Assembly (NCBI GenBank): GCA_965603825.1 | Contig: CBFDEM010000018.1 | Span: 186,001 to 250,000 of the forward strand | Reading direction: 5' to 3' | DNA from: Blepharisma stoltei ATCC 30299 | Lineage: Eukaryota > Protista > Ciliophora | DNA: 64,000 bases | In this document: piece after piece, positions 11,858-22,000 of the stretch | Position numbering within the stretch: the first letter of the stretch is position 1 | How the letters are laid out: every line of letters starts with the position of its first letter | Position numbers and translations under genes: made by a program | The notes under the pieces: model-generated | Database searches by the model: none | What the model was told of the DNA's origin: nothing | Seen by the model: only the letters and a program-made list of their open reading frames with translations

Positions 11858-12258
11858 TATTTTCCAATCAATAAATATGATTTTGATAATAAAATATGAT
11901 TTCTGAATATTTTAGAGGATATCAATAAATTTAAACTTTTCATCACAATTTATCTGATATTTCTGAGGCTCCGATATAGATAACCTCTTAGATAGCATTT
12001 TAATAATGCAATTAGTTAATTAAAGAACATATTAGAGCGAAGAGGCACTTTTATGTTGATCACTTCATTAATAAGCATTTAGAGTGAATTTGATTCTAGT
12101 CGTTTAGCACACTGAATAAAAATAAAATACAAACAAAATCATCAATATAAAAATTTACATAATATTTATCAATCGATATAAAATATTATTTTTTGATAAT
12201 TTCTTTTCTTTCTTTCTTTATCTCTAACCTCTATTCATACACCTCTAATTTTATTTTT

Positions 12259-13713
12259 TTAATTTTTAGTCATTAAATTTACGAACTCTTTCACATCTAT
12301 AACTCCATCTCCATTCACATCCACCTCAGCAATAACTTGATTCCAATAGCTATCTGCTACGATTAATTCCTTTCCCAGAACCTCTTTTAGTTCGTCAATC
12401 GTGATATCCCCACTTCCGTCTTTATCAAACATCTTAAAAGCAGCCTCTAAATTTTCCCTTGACACAAGTTTATTATAATCTGAGCAAGCTTTCAAAAACT
12501 CAGAATAATCAATATTCCCGCTTCCATCAGTATCAACTTCTTTCATAATTTTCTCTACAGTCTGTTGGGCTTCATCTTCACTCATGAATTTCCTGTATTC
12601 TGCATGCAGTTCAGCTCTACTGACTTTGCCATCTCCATTTTTGTCAAGGACTGTGAAACTTTCTTTAAGCTTTTTTGTTTCTTCGTGGGAAATCAGCTGA
12701 GTTGCAAGGAAAATGTGGACAGCGGTTTTAAGCTTGGATGAAGATTGGAATTGCTTCAAGTCGTTGAGTGCTGAGCCAAGATGATTATTTTCATTTGAGC
12801 GGAAATTTTGAATCCAAGGGTGGTTTCCTGCGTCTTTTGCAGTAATTCGGGTATTTGGGTCTACTTCTAAAAGTCTTTGCAACAGGTTTATAGCGTCACT
12901 TGAGATTCCTGGGCATCTTTCAGGAGTGATTCTTATTGGGTTATCTCTGACTTGTTTAAGGATAAAAGTTTGGTCTCTTCCTTGATACGGAGGCCTTCCA
13001 GTAAGCAAAATAAACATAATGATCCCACAGCTCCATTCATCACATTTCTCATTATAAGATCCTGTAAGCACCTCTGGAGACACATAATAAGCTGATCCAA
13101 AGCACCCATTAAGTTTTCTGTTTTTATCCAGCATGCACGAGCTCCCAAAATCTGCAATTTTAACATTTAGTGTCCCTTCGCTATCTTCAAGCAGAACATT
13201 TTCAGGCTTCAAGTCTCTATGAATGACTTTTTTTTCATGGCAATAAGAAACGGCTGAAAGGATTTGCTGCATAATACGTGATGCGTCCTGTTCTGAAAAC
13301 TTTTTTAAAGCAACTATTTTGTCAAATAGTTCTCCTCCTGCGCAATATTCAGTTGAGACGTAAAATTTCCATGGGTCTTCGAAAATCTCATAACATCTGA
13401 GGATATTTGGATGATCGAGGGAGCTCAATACTTGGATTTCTTTGAGCATATAAGTAGAGTCCATTTGCTGGGTACTCAGACCAGCTTTATGGATTACTTT
13501 CACAGCACGCTCTTGGTTAGTAGGCTTGAATATACATAGCTTAACGTCTGCGAATGCTCCTGAACCGATTTTTCGAATTTCTTTGTAGTTTTCGGAAAGT
13601 CCTCCCATGTGCCGTTGTAAGAAGGTTCCTGGGTTTACGCTTGAGCCTGCTGGCTCGACTTTTTTAGGCTCGGTTGCTGCCTTATTTGATTTTTTTGATC
13701 CTCCGCAACCCAT
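12259..13713 (-). CDS. CDPK: Calcium-dependent protein kinase
   Basis: MGC acylation start, kinase domain (HRDLKPEN, DFG, DEWSCG), junction and four EF-hands. Confidence 0.97.
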   Translation of the reverse strand: MGCGGSKKSNKAATEPKKVEPAGSSVNPGTFLQRHMGGLSENYKEIRKIGSGAFADVKLCIFKPTNQERAVKVIHKAGLSTQQMDSTYMLKEIQVLSSLDHPNILRCYEIFEDPWKFYVSTEYCAGGELFDKIVALKKFSEQDASRIMQQILSAVSYCHEKKVIHRDLKPENVLLEDSEGTLNVKIADFGSSCMLDKNRKLNGCFGSAYYVSPEVLTGSYNEKCDEWSCGIIMFILLTGRPPYQGRDQTFILKQVRDNPIRITPERCPGISSDAINLLQRLLEVDPNTRITAKDAGNHPWIQNFRSNENNHLGSALNDLKQFQSSSKLKTAVHIFLATQLISHEETKKLKESFTVLDKNGDGKVSRAELHAEYRKFMSEDEAQQTVEKIMKEVDTDGSGNIDYSEFLKACSDYNKLVSRENLEAAFKMFDKDGSGDITIDELKEVLGKELIVADSYWNQVIAEVDVNGDGVIDVKEFVNLMTKN

Positions 13714-14140
13714 TAATTAATATTGAATTTGATTTTTAGCTAGTTTTTATTATCTTTATTGTTAAAAGCTAAAACTATTACTAACAAATTTTGCTGATTG
13801 CTAAATAAACTCAGAACTTGCTCCACTTTAAATTAGGCAAAAAATTCTGTACCAAGCATTTAAAAATATGCGTTTTATAATTTTAAATTGTTACAGTTTT
13901 AACTTATGTGTCAAAATTGAGATATCAGAATAATTAAAAGAGAAAGATAGTATCCTTATTTTTTTACTTTCTGCTTTTAGCTAATTTCTTTATTTGATAC
14001 CTTCCTTCACAATTTTAGAAAATGACTTTATAAAATGGCATAAAATCGTCAGAAAATGAGAAACTTAGTAACAGCACAAATTTAAATAGAGAATAAAGCT
14101 TCAATAAAATCAATCTTATATAGTAATTATTGTATACGAG

Positions 14141-14806
14141 CTATCTCTTTTTATATATGCATGGATTTAATAGCGACTCTGGTTGTGAACTGCATTGGCC
14201 AAATTTTCTGAAAATAAACAATGAAAAAAAACTATTTGGTATAATTTCTTTATTAAGCTTGAACCCTAGAAGTTTCATTTTGTCAATAAATTCATCATGA
14301 ACAAATCGTGAAGCAACTTCAGCTACAATTAGATATCCTTTTTTCTTTAAGCACCTATAAGCTTCTTTTACCATCTCCACATGATTAGTTCCCATAAGAG
14401 AAAGGCAAAACACAGCTATATCTAATGCTCTATCTTGGAGTGGTAGCTTTGTAATATCGCAAGCAGTGATATGATCAGCTTTTGCAATTAAGTCATAAGA
14501 ATATACTTTAATCCTTTCAAGATCAGACAATTTTGTGTATAGAATCCCATCGCCACAGCCTAAATCAGCTAATTTAATAGGGTTTCCTGAGTATAATTTT
14601 CTAACTTCTTCTTCTACCAAAGAAATCGGCTTCACAGGCCATGACTCTATTTGGGATTTAAAGCCTTTGTGATACTCTTCAAACATTTCTGGATTTTCTT
14701 GAAATAACTTAAAACTTCGAGAGCTTTCAGTGGTATAAAGCATTTCGTTTAAAAATCGAAATTTACCACCTTGAAGCCTATCTTCTCTTGATCTTTTTCT
14801 TTTCAT
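14141..14806 (-). CDS. RRP8: rRNA methyltransferase Rrp8/nucleomethylin
   Basis: FRFLNEMLYT, YHKGF..Q..SWP, ADLGCG, VFCLSLMGTN, AEVASRF and C-terminal PCIYKKR followed by TAG. Confidence 0.95.
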   Translation of the reverse strand: MKRKRSREDRLQGGKFRFLNEMLYTTESSRSFKLFQENPEMFEEYHKGFKSQIESWPVKPISLVEEEVRKLYSGNPIKLADLGCGDGILYTKLSDLERIKVYSYDLIAKADHITACDITKLPLQDRALDIAVFCLSLMGTNHVEMVKEAYRCLKKKGYLIVAEVASRFVHDEFIDKMKLLGFKLNKEIIPNSFFSLFIFRKFGQCSSQPESLLNPCIYKKR

Positions 14807-15229
14807 TATCTGAATTTAGCCATCAAGATTATTAAATATGATTTTACAACTGGAGCTGTATTAGAAAATTCAGGGGATTCAAACTCTGTTTGCTATGGAC
14901 TGTTATTGGAGATCCGGATGCGGTTATGATCAGAGTTCGCTATTGTTTGTTTTGAATATTCGAAGTTTCTGTTTATTAGAGGTCTAGGACTTTTACTTTG
15001 CAGAAGATGTAACTATTTGTTATAGAAATGCTAAACAATTAATTGAAAAAAGAGAGAAGTATTGGTACGACCGGCAGTAAGTTTAAGATGAGATTTAATG
15101 AAAATTAATATTGGGTTAGAAATTATAGTAAATAAATTAGTAAACAGGATGGCTCTTATTATGTCCTGAACAGGAACATTTAAACAAATTAATCAAGATA
15201 TTTAAATTTGGAGATATCATAATAATAAA

Positions 15230-15709
15230 ATGGCAAGCAAAGACGAATTTATCCAGAAAATTGTAAAATTCGCAGAAGGCATTCCTGCAGTTCAAGAGAT
15301 GAGCAAAGTAACTGGTTTATCTGTCCAAACACTTACTTTTGGCACTTTAGCAGCGATTATCTTTTTTATTCTTATATCAATTTGCCCTACCACAACTATT
15401 ATTCTAATTGGAGGTTCTTATCCTTTCTATTTCTCAATAAAAGTTCTTGAATCCAATAATATAAATGATGGAAAAGAATGCCTAAAATTTTGGTTCATAT
15501 TCGGAATTTTCAGCTTGATAGATCCAATTCTAGATCTTTTATTATCATTTCTTCCTCTTTATTTCTTACTAAGAGTTGGACTAATGGTGTTTCTATTTTG
15601 GCCTCAGACAAGAGGTGCAGTCATTTTATATGATACAATGAAACCTCATATGGATAAGTACCAAAAGAAATTTGAAGACTTTTTAGAGGGAATTGCAAAG
15701 CAATCTTAA
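15230..15709 (+). CDS. YOP1: TB2/DP1/HVA22 (REEP/Yop1) family ER-shaping protein
   Basis: G..YP.Y.SIK..ES, LKFWFIFG, FLPLYF, PQTRGA..LY motifs. Confidence 0.9.
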   Translation: MASKDEFIQKIVKFAEGIPAVQEMSKVTGLSVQTLTFGTLAAIIFFILISICPTTTIILIGGSYPFYFSIKVLESNNINDGKECLKFWFIFGIFSLIDPILDLLLSFLPLYFLLRVGLMVFLFWPQTRGAVILYDTMKPHMDKYQKKFEDFLEGIAKQS

Positions 15710-15834
15710 TAGAATTATAATGTTATTAATATAAAAAATCTAAGGATTGAATGTTTAGAAAGTTTGTTTAAAAATATTCTTTTGGTGAATATCAAATCTC
15801 TTTGGCTGATACATATGTATTTAAAATGAAATTC

Positions 15835-16054
15835 ATCAATTAAGACAGATTATGATTCTTAACTTATATAGTTTATGAGATATCGTCAATTGTGCTTTTT
15901 TTGAGCACAAGTATGCCGCCCATAATGGTGGGTCAGTTTATAAGTCTGGAATACGTAGCTAGCCCGCCAGTATGGACGGCATAATTGTGCCCCAAAAAGC
16001 CACAAGGGACTATATCCTGATTTCATAGGCATAATGAGTTGCATAATCATTGAT
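15835..16054 (+). other. Long imperfect inverted repeat / predicted rod-like hairpin (~220-230 nt), intergenic; candidate structured ncRNA or palindromic element
   Basis: Nested complementary blocks: atcaat/attgat, gattatg/cataatc, aactta/tgagtt, gtttatgaga/tttcataggc, ttgtg-cttttt/aaaaag-c-cacaa, gcacaa/ttgtgc, tatgccg/cggcata, ccata/tatgg, tggtggg/cccgcca. GC-rich core in an AT-rich spacer. Confidence 0.75.
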
Positions 16055-16260
16055 TTTCGAACTCTAAAGATAGAAATGTCTATAAGCAACTTTTATCTTT
16101 AAGACTATCAACTCTATCCTTTAGATTTTTGTATAAGAATGAATTCCGTTCTTAAATCTAATCTCTAAATTCGCTTATTTTCACATATAAGATTTTATAA
16201 CACGTGATTACTAAGCGTTTTTCATTAAACGAAACAAGCACCTTGAAGCTATAAAAAAAT

Positions 16261-17043
16261 ATGCTGAGAAGAATAATCAACAGGCCTTTCTCTTCATTAT
16301 CAAAACTCCAAACTCTTATATCAGTAAAATCATGGGAAGAGTTAAAAGATTTTACCAATGAAAATACTCAGCTCATAAGAGATTTTGCTTCAGGGACTCC
16401 TTTTACCGCATCATCTGGAATCACATTTTCAAAAATAGCTCGCCATGAGCAAGATGAAGCCTTTGAAGTCTTAAGCAATATCATTCCAGCCAGAGAGCCC
16501 ATGGCAGCTAAACTTCATATGACAAAAGCCGAATTCAAGCAAAATACGTGTTTAAATTTACTAGTAAACTCTAAATATGAAGATCTAACCATTGTAGCGA
16601 AGGACAAGAATAAAATTATTGGAGTATTTACTTGCATTGATTGGGCAAATCAGAAGAAAAAACACCCGAAAACAGAAGAAGAAATAGCTTTTTGGAAAAA
16701 TAAACTAGAACCGATCGCCTTGTTTTTACACAATACGAATCGAGTCGGGCCAAAATCAGGCCGTATAGCGCACGGAATTACATCAGGAATAGAAGAAAAT
16801 TATTTAAATCAAGGAATTGCTAAATCTGCACTAGCTTTAAGATTAGCTATGACTAGAGTCCTAGGCTATGATTTTTTTATCGTTGAATGCGGATTTGGAT
16901 CTTCTAACGCATTTATGGTCTACAATAAACTATTGCAGTTTGGAAGCGAAATGAGATACGAAGATTTCGAGCATAATGATCAGAATCCTTTTGAAAATTT
17001 AGAAGGTGGGTATCTTTTCATGTATAGGGAACTACAGAAGTAA
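16261..17043 (+). CDS. GNAT-fold N-acetyltransferase-like protein, probable mitochondrial presequence
   Basis: Basic amphipathic N-terminus (MLRRIINRPFSS); acetyl-CoA-binding-like GIEENYLNQGIAKSAL; REPM motif. Confidence 0.65.
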   Translation: MLRRIINRPFSSLSKLQTLISVKSWEELKDFTNENTQLIRDFASGTPFTASSGITFSKIARHEQDEAFEVLSNIIPAREPMAAKLHMTKAEFKQNTCLNLLVNSKYEDLTIVAKDKNKIIGVFTCIDWANQKKKHPKTEEEIAFWKNKLEPIALFLHNTNRVGPKSGRIAHGITSGIEENYLNQGIAKSALALRLAMTRVLGYDFFIVECGFGSSNAFMVYNKLLQFGSEMRYEDFEHNDQNPFENLEGGYLFMYRELQK

Positions 17044-17350
17044 AATCTAATAGCTTCATCGTTTAAATATTATTTGACTTGCTGCATAATCATAAGATTG
17101 CTGACTCTTTGAGTTTTTTTATTTTTATTTCTTTTTTGGAAATCGCAAGCATAGCTTAGCCAAAGTAGGGAAATTAAGTATTTTTAGCAGAAAAATCTTC
17201 TTTCCTCTATAAAATATCGTTCTTTGCCCTTTTTGGTTTTATCAAAGTCTCCATTGTATTTTTACCTTATTATAAAACGGTTAATCTTCATCCAAAAACA
17301 TATTGAAAACCTATCTTAAATCTTTTGTTCTTTCAAAAGCAGATTTTATC

Positions 17351-17701
17351 TTATTTAACTTTACTTAAAATAAGCTTTACTAAGTCAGGTACACCCCTAA
17401 CTTCATCAGTATCTTCCCCAGTCAGCGTAATTCCAAATTTTTCTTCCAAAGCGGTGAGAACTTCTATTTCAGCAAGTGAATCCAATCCAATTTCATCAAA
17501 AAAGCAATTACTTGTCACCTTATCCACTTCCACACCTTCTGCGTTTTTAAGTTGCTCGATTACAGCTGACTCGACTGAAGCTAAGCTAGTTGCAAAATAT
17601 CTATTAATATTTATGCTTGAATTACTGCTTGAAATAGGCTGCCACATATAGCGAAGATGATTTTGTACGGGCTTTGAGAGAAATCTTAATCGGCTCCACA
17701 T
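17351..17701 (-). CDS. ACP: Mitochondrial acyl carrier protein
   Basis: GLDSLAEIEVLTALEEKFGI phosphopantetheine motif; presequence-like N-terminus. Confidence 0.92.
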   Translation of the reverse strand: MWSRLRFLSKPVQNHLRYMWQPISSSNSSININRYFATSLASVESAVIEQLKNAEGVEVDKVTSNCFFDEIGLDSLAEIEVLTALEEKFGITLTGEDTDEVRGVPDLVKLILSKVK

Positions 17702-18210
17702 TTTAACTATAAGTTATATGGTGACATATTGACTATTTATTTTTCAAATCATTTATTAGAAGAAATCAATGCTTTTTGATTTCTTGTTTTTTTTTTAACT
17801 AACAGAATCTTTAGTTATTTTGTATTAATTTTAAATAAGATAATATGGAAATATCTTGCGAAACAAATATTTTCGAATGTTTGTCACGAGTGAAAATTTT
17901 TTTGAAAAGGGATATTGTGCTATTGTATACTGCCATAGGAGTTTATGTCCTCCTAGTTGTAAGATTAATATAGATCAGCTTATTTGGGCTTCTTTCTGCT
18001 ATCCTTATGCATTTGCTTCCTTTATTAGGAATTTGCTTTGTCTGTAAAAAGATTTCACATATCCACACAATTGGTATAGTAAATTACTTGTCAAATCCGA
18101 TCCAAGAACTCCTTCTCCATAGGTCAATTTTTGATATTTTATGTGAAATTTGGTTTGTTCCCAAAATCACTTTATATTTAAAGCGATTTGCATTACCATT
18201 CTTCATTAAG

Positions 18211-18996
18211 ATGAATAGAGAAGAAGCTTACGAAATGTTTAATGAATTAAATCCAGATTTCGCAAAGGCATTAGATACAAAGGGTGTTGTTAATATTCTT
18301 CCTCAGCCAATCTACAATATCATTATGCCATATAAATCACCTCTTAAAGCTGAGATTTCACCAATAAATGGGCTAGAAGCTCTCTCTGAGCCTATTCAAG
18401 CCCCAGAATCTGGCTTGATCCATGTAATGAGTTTTGACTCCAATGACCAAGTTGTAAGAATCACAAGCAAACGAACTGAGCTTTTAGGCTCAGGCAGTCG
18501 AGCTGACAGAATCAAGCCAGTCTCACATAATAAAATTGATGAAAAAATCAAAGAAATTACACAAAAAATCCCCACACTTCAGCCTGTGATGGGCAAGATT
18601 TTAGGAAATAAATTTAGGTCTTTAATGGGTCTGGTTAGTCAGAAGTCATTGGTAAGCTGCACAGTGGCTTCAGGACTAGCGATTCTATTGCAGATAATTG
18701 TGTCTAAGCAATCTCGCGCTTTATCTTTAGTTGGGATCAAAATTGCTTTGTTTATCTGTGCTTTTTCAACGTTAGGGTTTTCTATATTAGGATTATTTAT
18801 AAAATATCTTCATAAACAAGTAGAAGAGCCTAAAAAGTCTGAAGAAATAGACAGTCAACAAAGTGAAGAACTGGGGCATCGCAAATACCCAAGTATGAGG
18901 AGGATAATAGAAGAAAGAACCAAAATAAAGTCAAGATTTAACACAAAGGGAGATAAGAGAAGTTTCTTTAGCCCTGATTTAAATATGGCATTATAA
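18211..18996 (+). CDS. Hypothetical protein with two predicted TM helices (likely start 18211, MNREEAY)
   Basis: ORF open from 18007, but protein-like composition begins at ATG 18211; two hydrophobic segments; TAA end. Confidence 0.7.
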   Translation: MNREEAYEMFNELNPDFAKALDTKGVVNILPQPIYNIIMPYKSPLKAEISPINGLEALSEPIQAPESGLIHVMSFDSNDQVVRITSKRTELLGSGSRADRIKPVSHNKIDEKIKEITQKIPTLQPVMGKILGNKFRSLMGLVSQKSLVSCTVASGLAILLQIIVSKQSRALSLVGIKIALFICAFSTLGFSILGLFIKYLHKQVEEPKKSEEIDSQQSEELGHRKYPSMRRIIEERTKIKSRFNTKGDKRSFFSPDLNMAL

Positions 18997-19024
18997 AGTC
19001 TTCTTTATACTAAGGGGTTAACTA

Positions 19025-22000
19025 TTAGTCATCAAATATGTTAGGCTTGCTTCTCAAATTGTCAAATCTTGTCGAATGAATGTCAATGCCTTCTTCTTCA
19101 TCTGGCTGGTTCCTAGTTGCCATTTCTATGTTTTCGTATTTTGGAGCACCTCGTCCTTTTCTATATTTATTGATTAAATATAAAATGCTGAGCCCTAATG
19201 CTAGGTATCCTAAACAGTAAAATATGGTACCCCAAATTGAATTTTCGTTGGTAATAAATAAAGTTTCGTCTGATTTTCTGATTTCAGTCATAATACAGCT
19301 GTTTTGGGAGGTTTTTTCATAGCCGGTGTCGCAGTCATAGCAGCCATCTCCTGTATACCCTTCATTGCATATACAAATGCTGCCATTTATTTTCCCATGC
19401 TGTGAACATTTAATTGTATTTCCTTCTTCTCCTTTTTCTATTACAAATGTAGGTGGCACAATTGTGGGCGCTGAGAAAATTTTTCCTTTATTTGTGTACA
19501 GCACACCTTTAACCTGGACAAATTTATAGGTCGCATCTGCTTCTAAATCAGCCTTGCTAAACAAAAATTCCCACCTTAAGCCTTTTTTGTCTAATGAAGC
19601 TGCACTTTTTGGTCTAATGAATTTTTTGGATTTTAATTTTTGAAGAACAAAGGCTTTGGCGATTATGTCAGAATTTGTAAGTTTGTCTATAATTAAGCCT
19701 TCATTTGTGTAAGCCTGCTGTGATAATTCAATAGCCACACTAAAGCTGTCTTCTGCGATTGTCTGTTTTCCTTCAGGTGTTATACTTATTACAATAGCAT
19801 TAGGGTCAGCTTCAATAGGCTGCCCTGGATTAACAACTTCAGGCGCTTTTATTTTTTCACATTTATTATTTTCATTTCTTTCATAAGAGGAATCACACTT
19901 ATCGCATAAATCTCCGGCATAGCCTTCATCACATTGACATTTTCCTAATATAGCATTTCTTCCATTAGGTCCACAATTCATTGAAGGTGAAATAATGGTA
20001 GGATTGTTAGGCTTCTGCTCTACTTTAAACTGAGGCAAAGAAGTAGCTACTTGGAATTCGTTTCCTTCGTCATCAAATAAAGAACCCTTTGCAATTATAA
20101 CAGAATAAGAAGCTCCGTATGCCAAATCTTCTGAGTCGAATTCAAATTTCCATTTGGTTTCGCCTTTATTTAAAGGAGCAGCAGAGCTTGCTTTTGCAAT
20201 TTTTTGATTTAAATCGTTGATTATATACACAGAGTCAATAATTACTTTGTTGTTTTTCACAGCCGTAATTTTGTTTTTTTGAGAATTATGAGGAGCTGAA
20301 CTAAAGGTAACGAAAATATTAAGCAGCTCATCTTTCTTCATTGGAGATGAAACATTGATAGTGACTTCAGTTATGGTGGAAGGCTCATCAATTTTGTCTT
20401 TGATGCACAATCCTTCCGATGGCGTAAATCCTGCAACACACTCGTGACAGGTAACTCCTGTGTATGGTTCTGGACAAACACATTTGAATGCTTCATTACA
20501 AATTGCGTTGGCTTTAGGATTACATATGCAGCTCATTGTGCAGTAGCTGTGCTTAATCCCATCTGACACTAATTGGAAACCTGATTCTGTTTGAGATTTT
20601 TCATCAATTTTCAATTGGTAACAAGTGCTTTCTTTTAATTTTGATGCATCAAATTTGAATTTAATTTTATTTGGAGCATTTTTTGATATTAATAAACTCC
20701 CAGCAGTAATTTTTTCATATTGGTCGCTTTCTAAAGACACCAACTTACCAACTTCTTTAGCATTAGCAATTGGACTATCAAAAACAATAAGAATTGTAAG
20801 CTCTTCATTTGGGTTATGATGAGTCAAATGCCCAGGATCAGCCAAAGTTACCATATAGCTTGAAGACTTTTTCTCTTCAAATACCGGAATATATTCAATA
20901 TTAAAAGAAAAAGGGAAGCAGGAATCAATATCTTTATATCTCTGTATCAAATGATTCGAAGCTACTGCCTGCTTTAATACAAGCTTATATTGTCCAGGCT
21001 CAAGTTCTTCATTTTCAATTATACTCGCGAAATTCATAAGTTCTCCCGTTTCGTCATCAGTTAAACTTTCCCATTTACTTTTACTAATTTGTTCATCATC
21101 TTTAGATAAAACCATATTTAAATCATTTGTGAGGAAATCATAAGTGGACTCGATCGACACAATAGCTTTGACTGGGATATTTATTGTCATTTCATACATA
21201 AAATTAGAATTTTCTGTACCATCTGATGTAATTCCGGCAGGGAAGGACTTTTTTTCTCCTATCATCCATTTATCGAAAATTACGTAATTATCTGATCCAT
21301 ACATTTCTTTTTCTTTTGTGAAATCTATTGAGGATTTTGGTAAAACTTTGGAAAGGTCGTGGTCTGTTACTTTGCATTTCAAAATGTTTTCGACTTCTTC
21401 TGTGGTTTCTATCACAATTTTTAAGTCATAAGTGACGCAGGAGTCTTCGATTTTGTCTTTTATGTAGGTGAGTAATAAGTAATAAGGAGTTTTTTGAGCT
21501 TTTATGACAAAAATGTAGCTTCCTATGTTTGATTTGTTTCGGGAGTAAGCGACTGGGTCTTTAAAAGAGGAGTCTCTATAGACAGCACTTTCTATGATGA
21601 CTTTTGGGTTGTTTGAAATAGTCATGATTCTTGCGATTCCGCTCTTTGGTGTTGATATTTTTAACACTTCTGAGCTTATTTCATCTTTTATCTTAAAAGT
21701 TCCATGGAAAGAAATGGAGCCATCTCTTGCTTGTGGTCCTCCAAAAACTTTTGAATGTTTTGAAGTCAAAGAAGGTGGCAATTCGCCTCCATTGCATGTA
21801 AGTTCTTCACTAATATCTGATGTCTTTATAGAAACTTGAAGCGGCCAACAAGCATTTGGAATATCAACTCCATGTGATGAAATTATATGTAAAATATAGC
21901 TCCCTTTTTCTAAATCTACTATAAGCTCGCTATAATTTTCAATACCTAACGATCTTGCTACAACTCCATTTTCGTTAGAAAGCTCAAGGGAGATAAACCC

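Noticed and set aside
15886-16089. 67-aa minus-strand ORF over the hairpin
   Set aside because: Non-ATG start and no protein-like features; better explained by the GC-rich inverted repeat.
18007-18210. Upstream extension of the 18211 gene
   Set aside because: The translated extension looks like non-coding sequence; ATG 18211 is the more plausible start, though untested.
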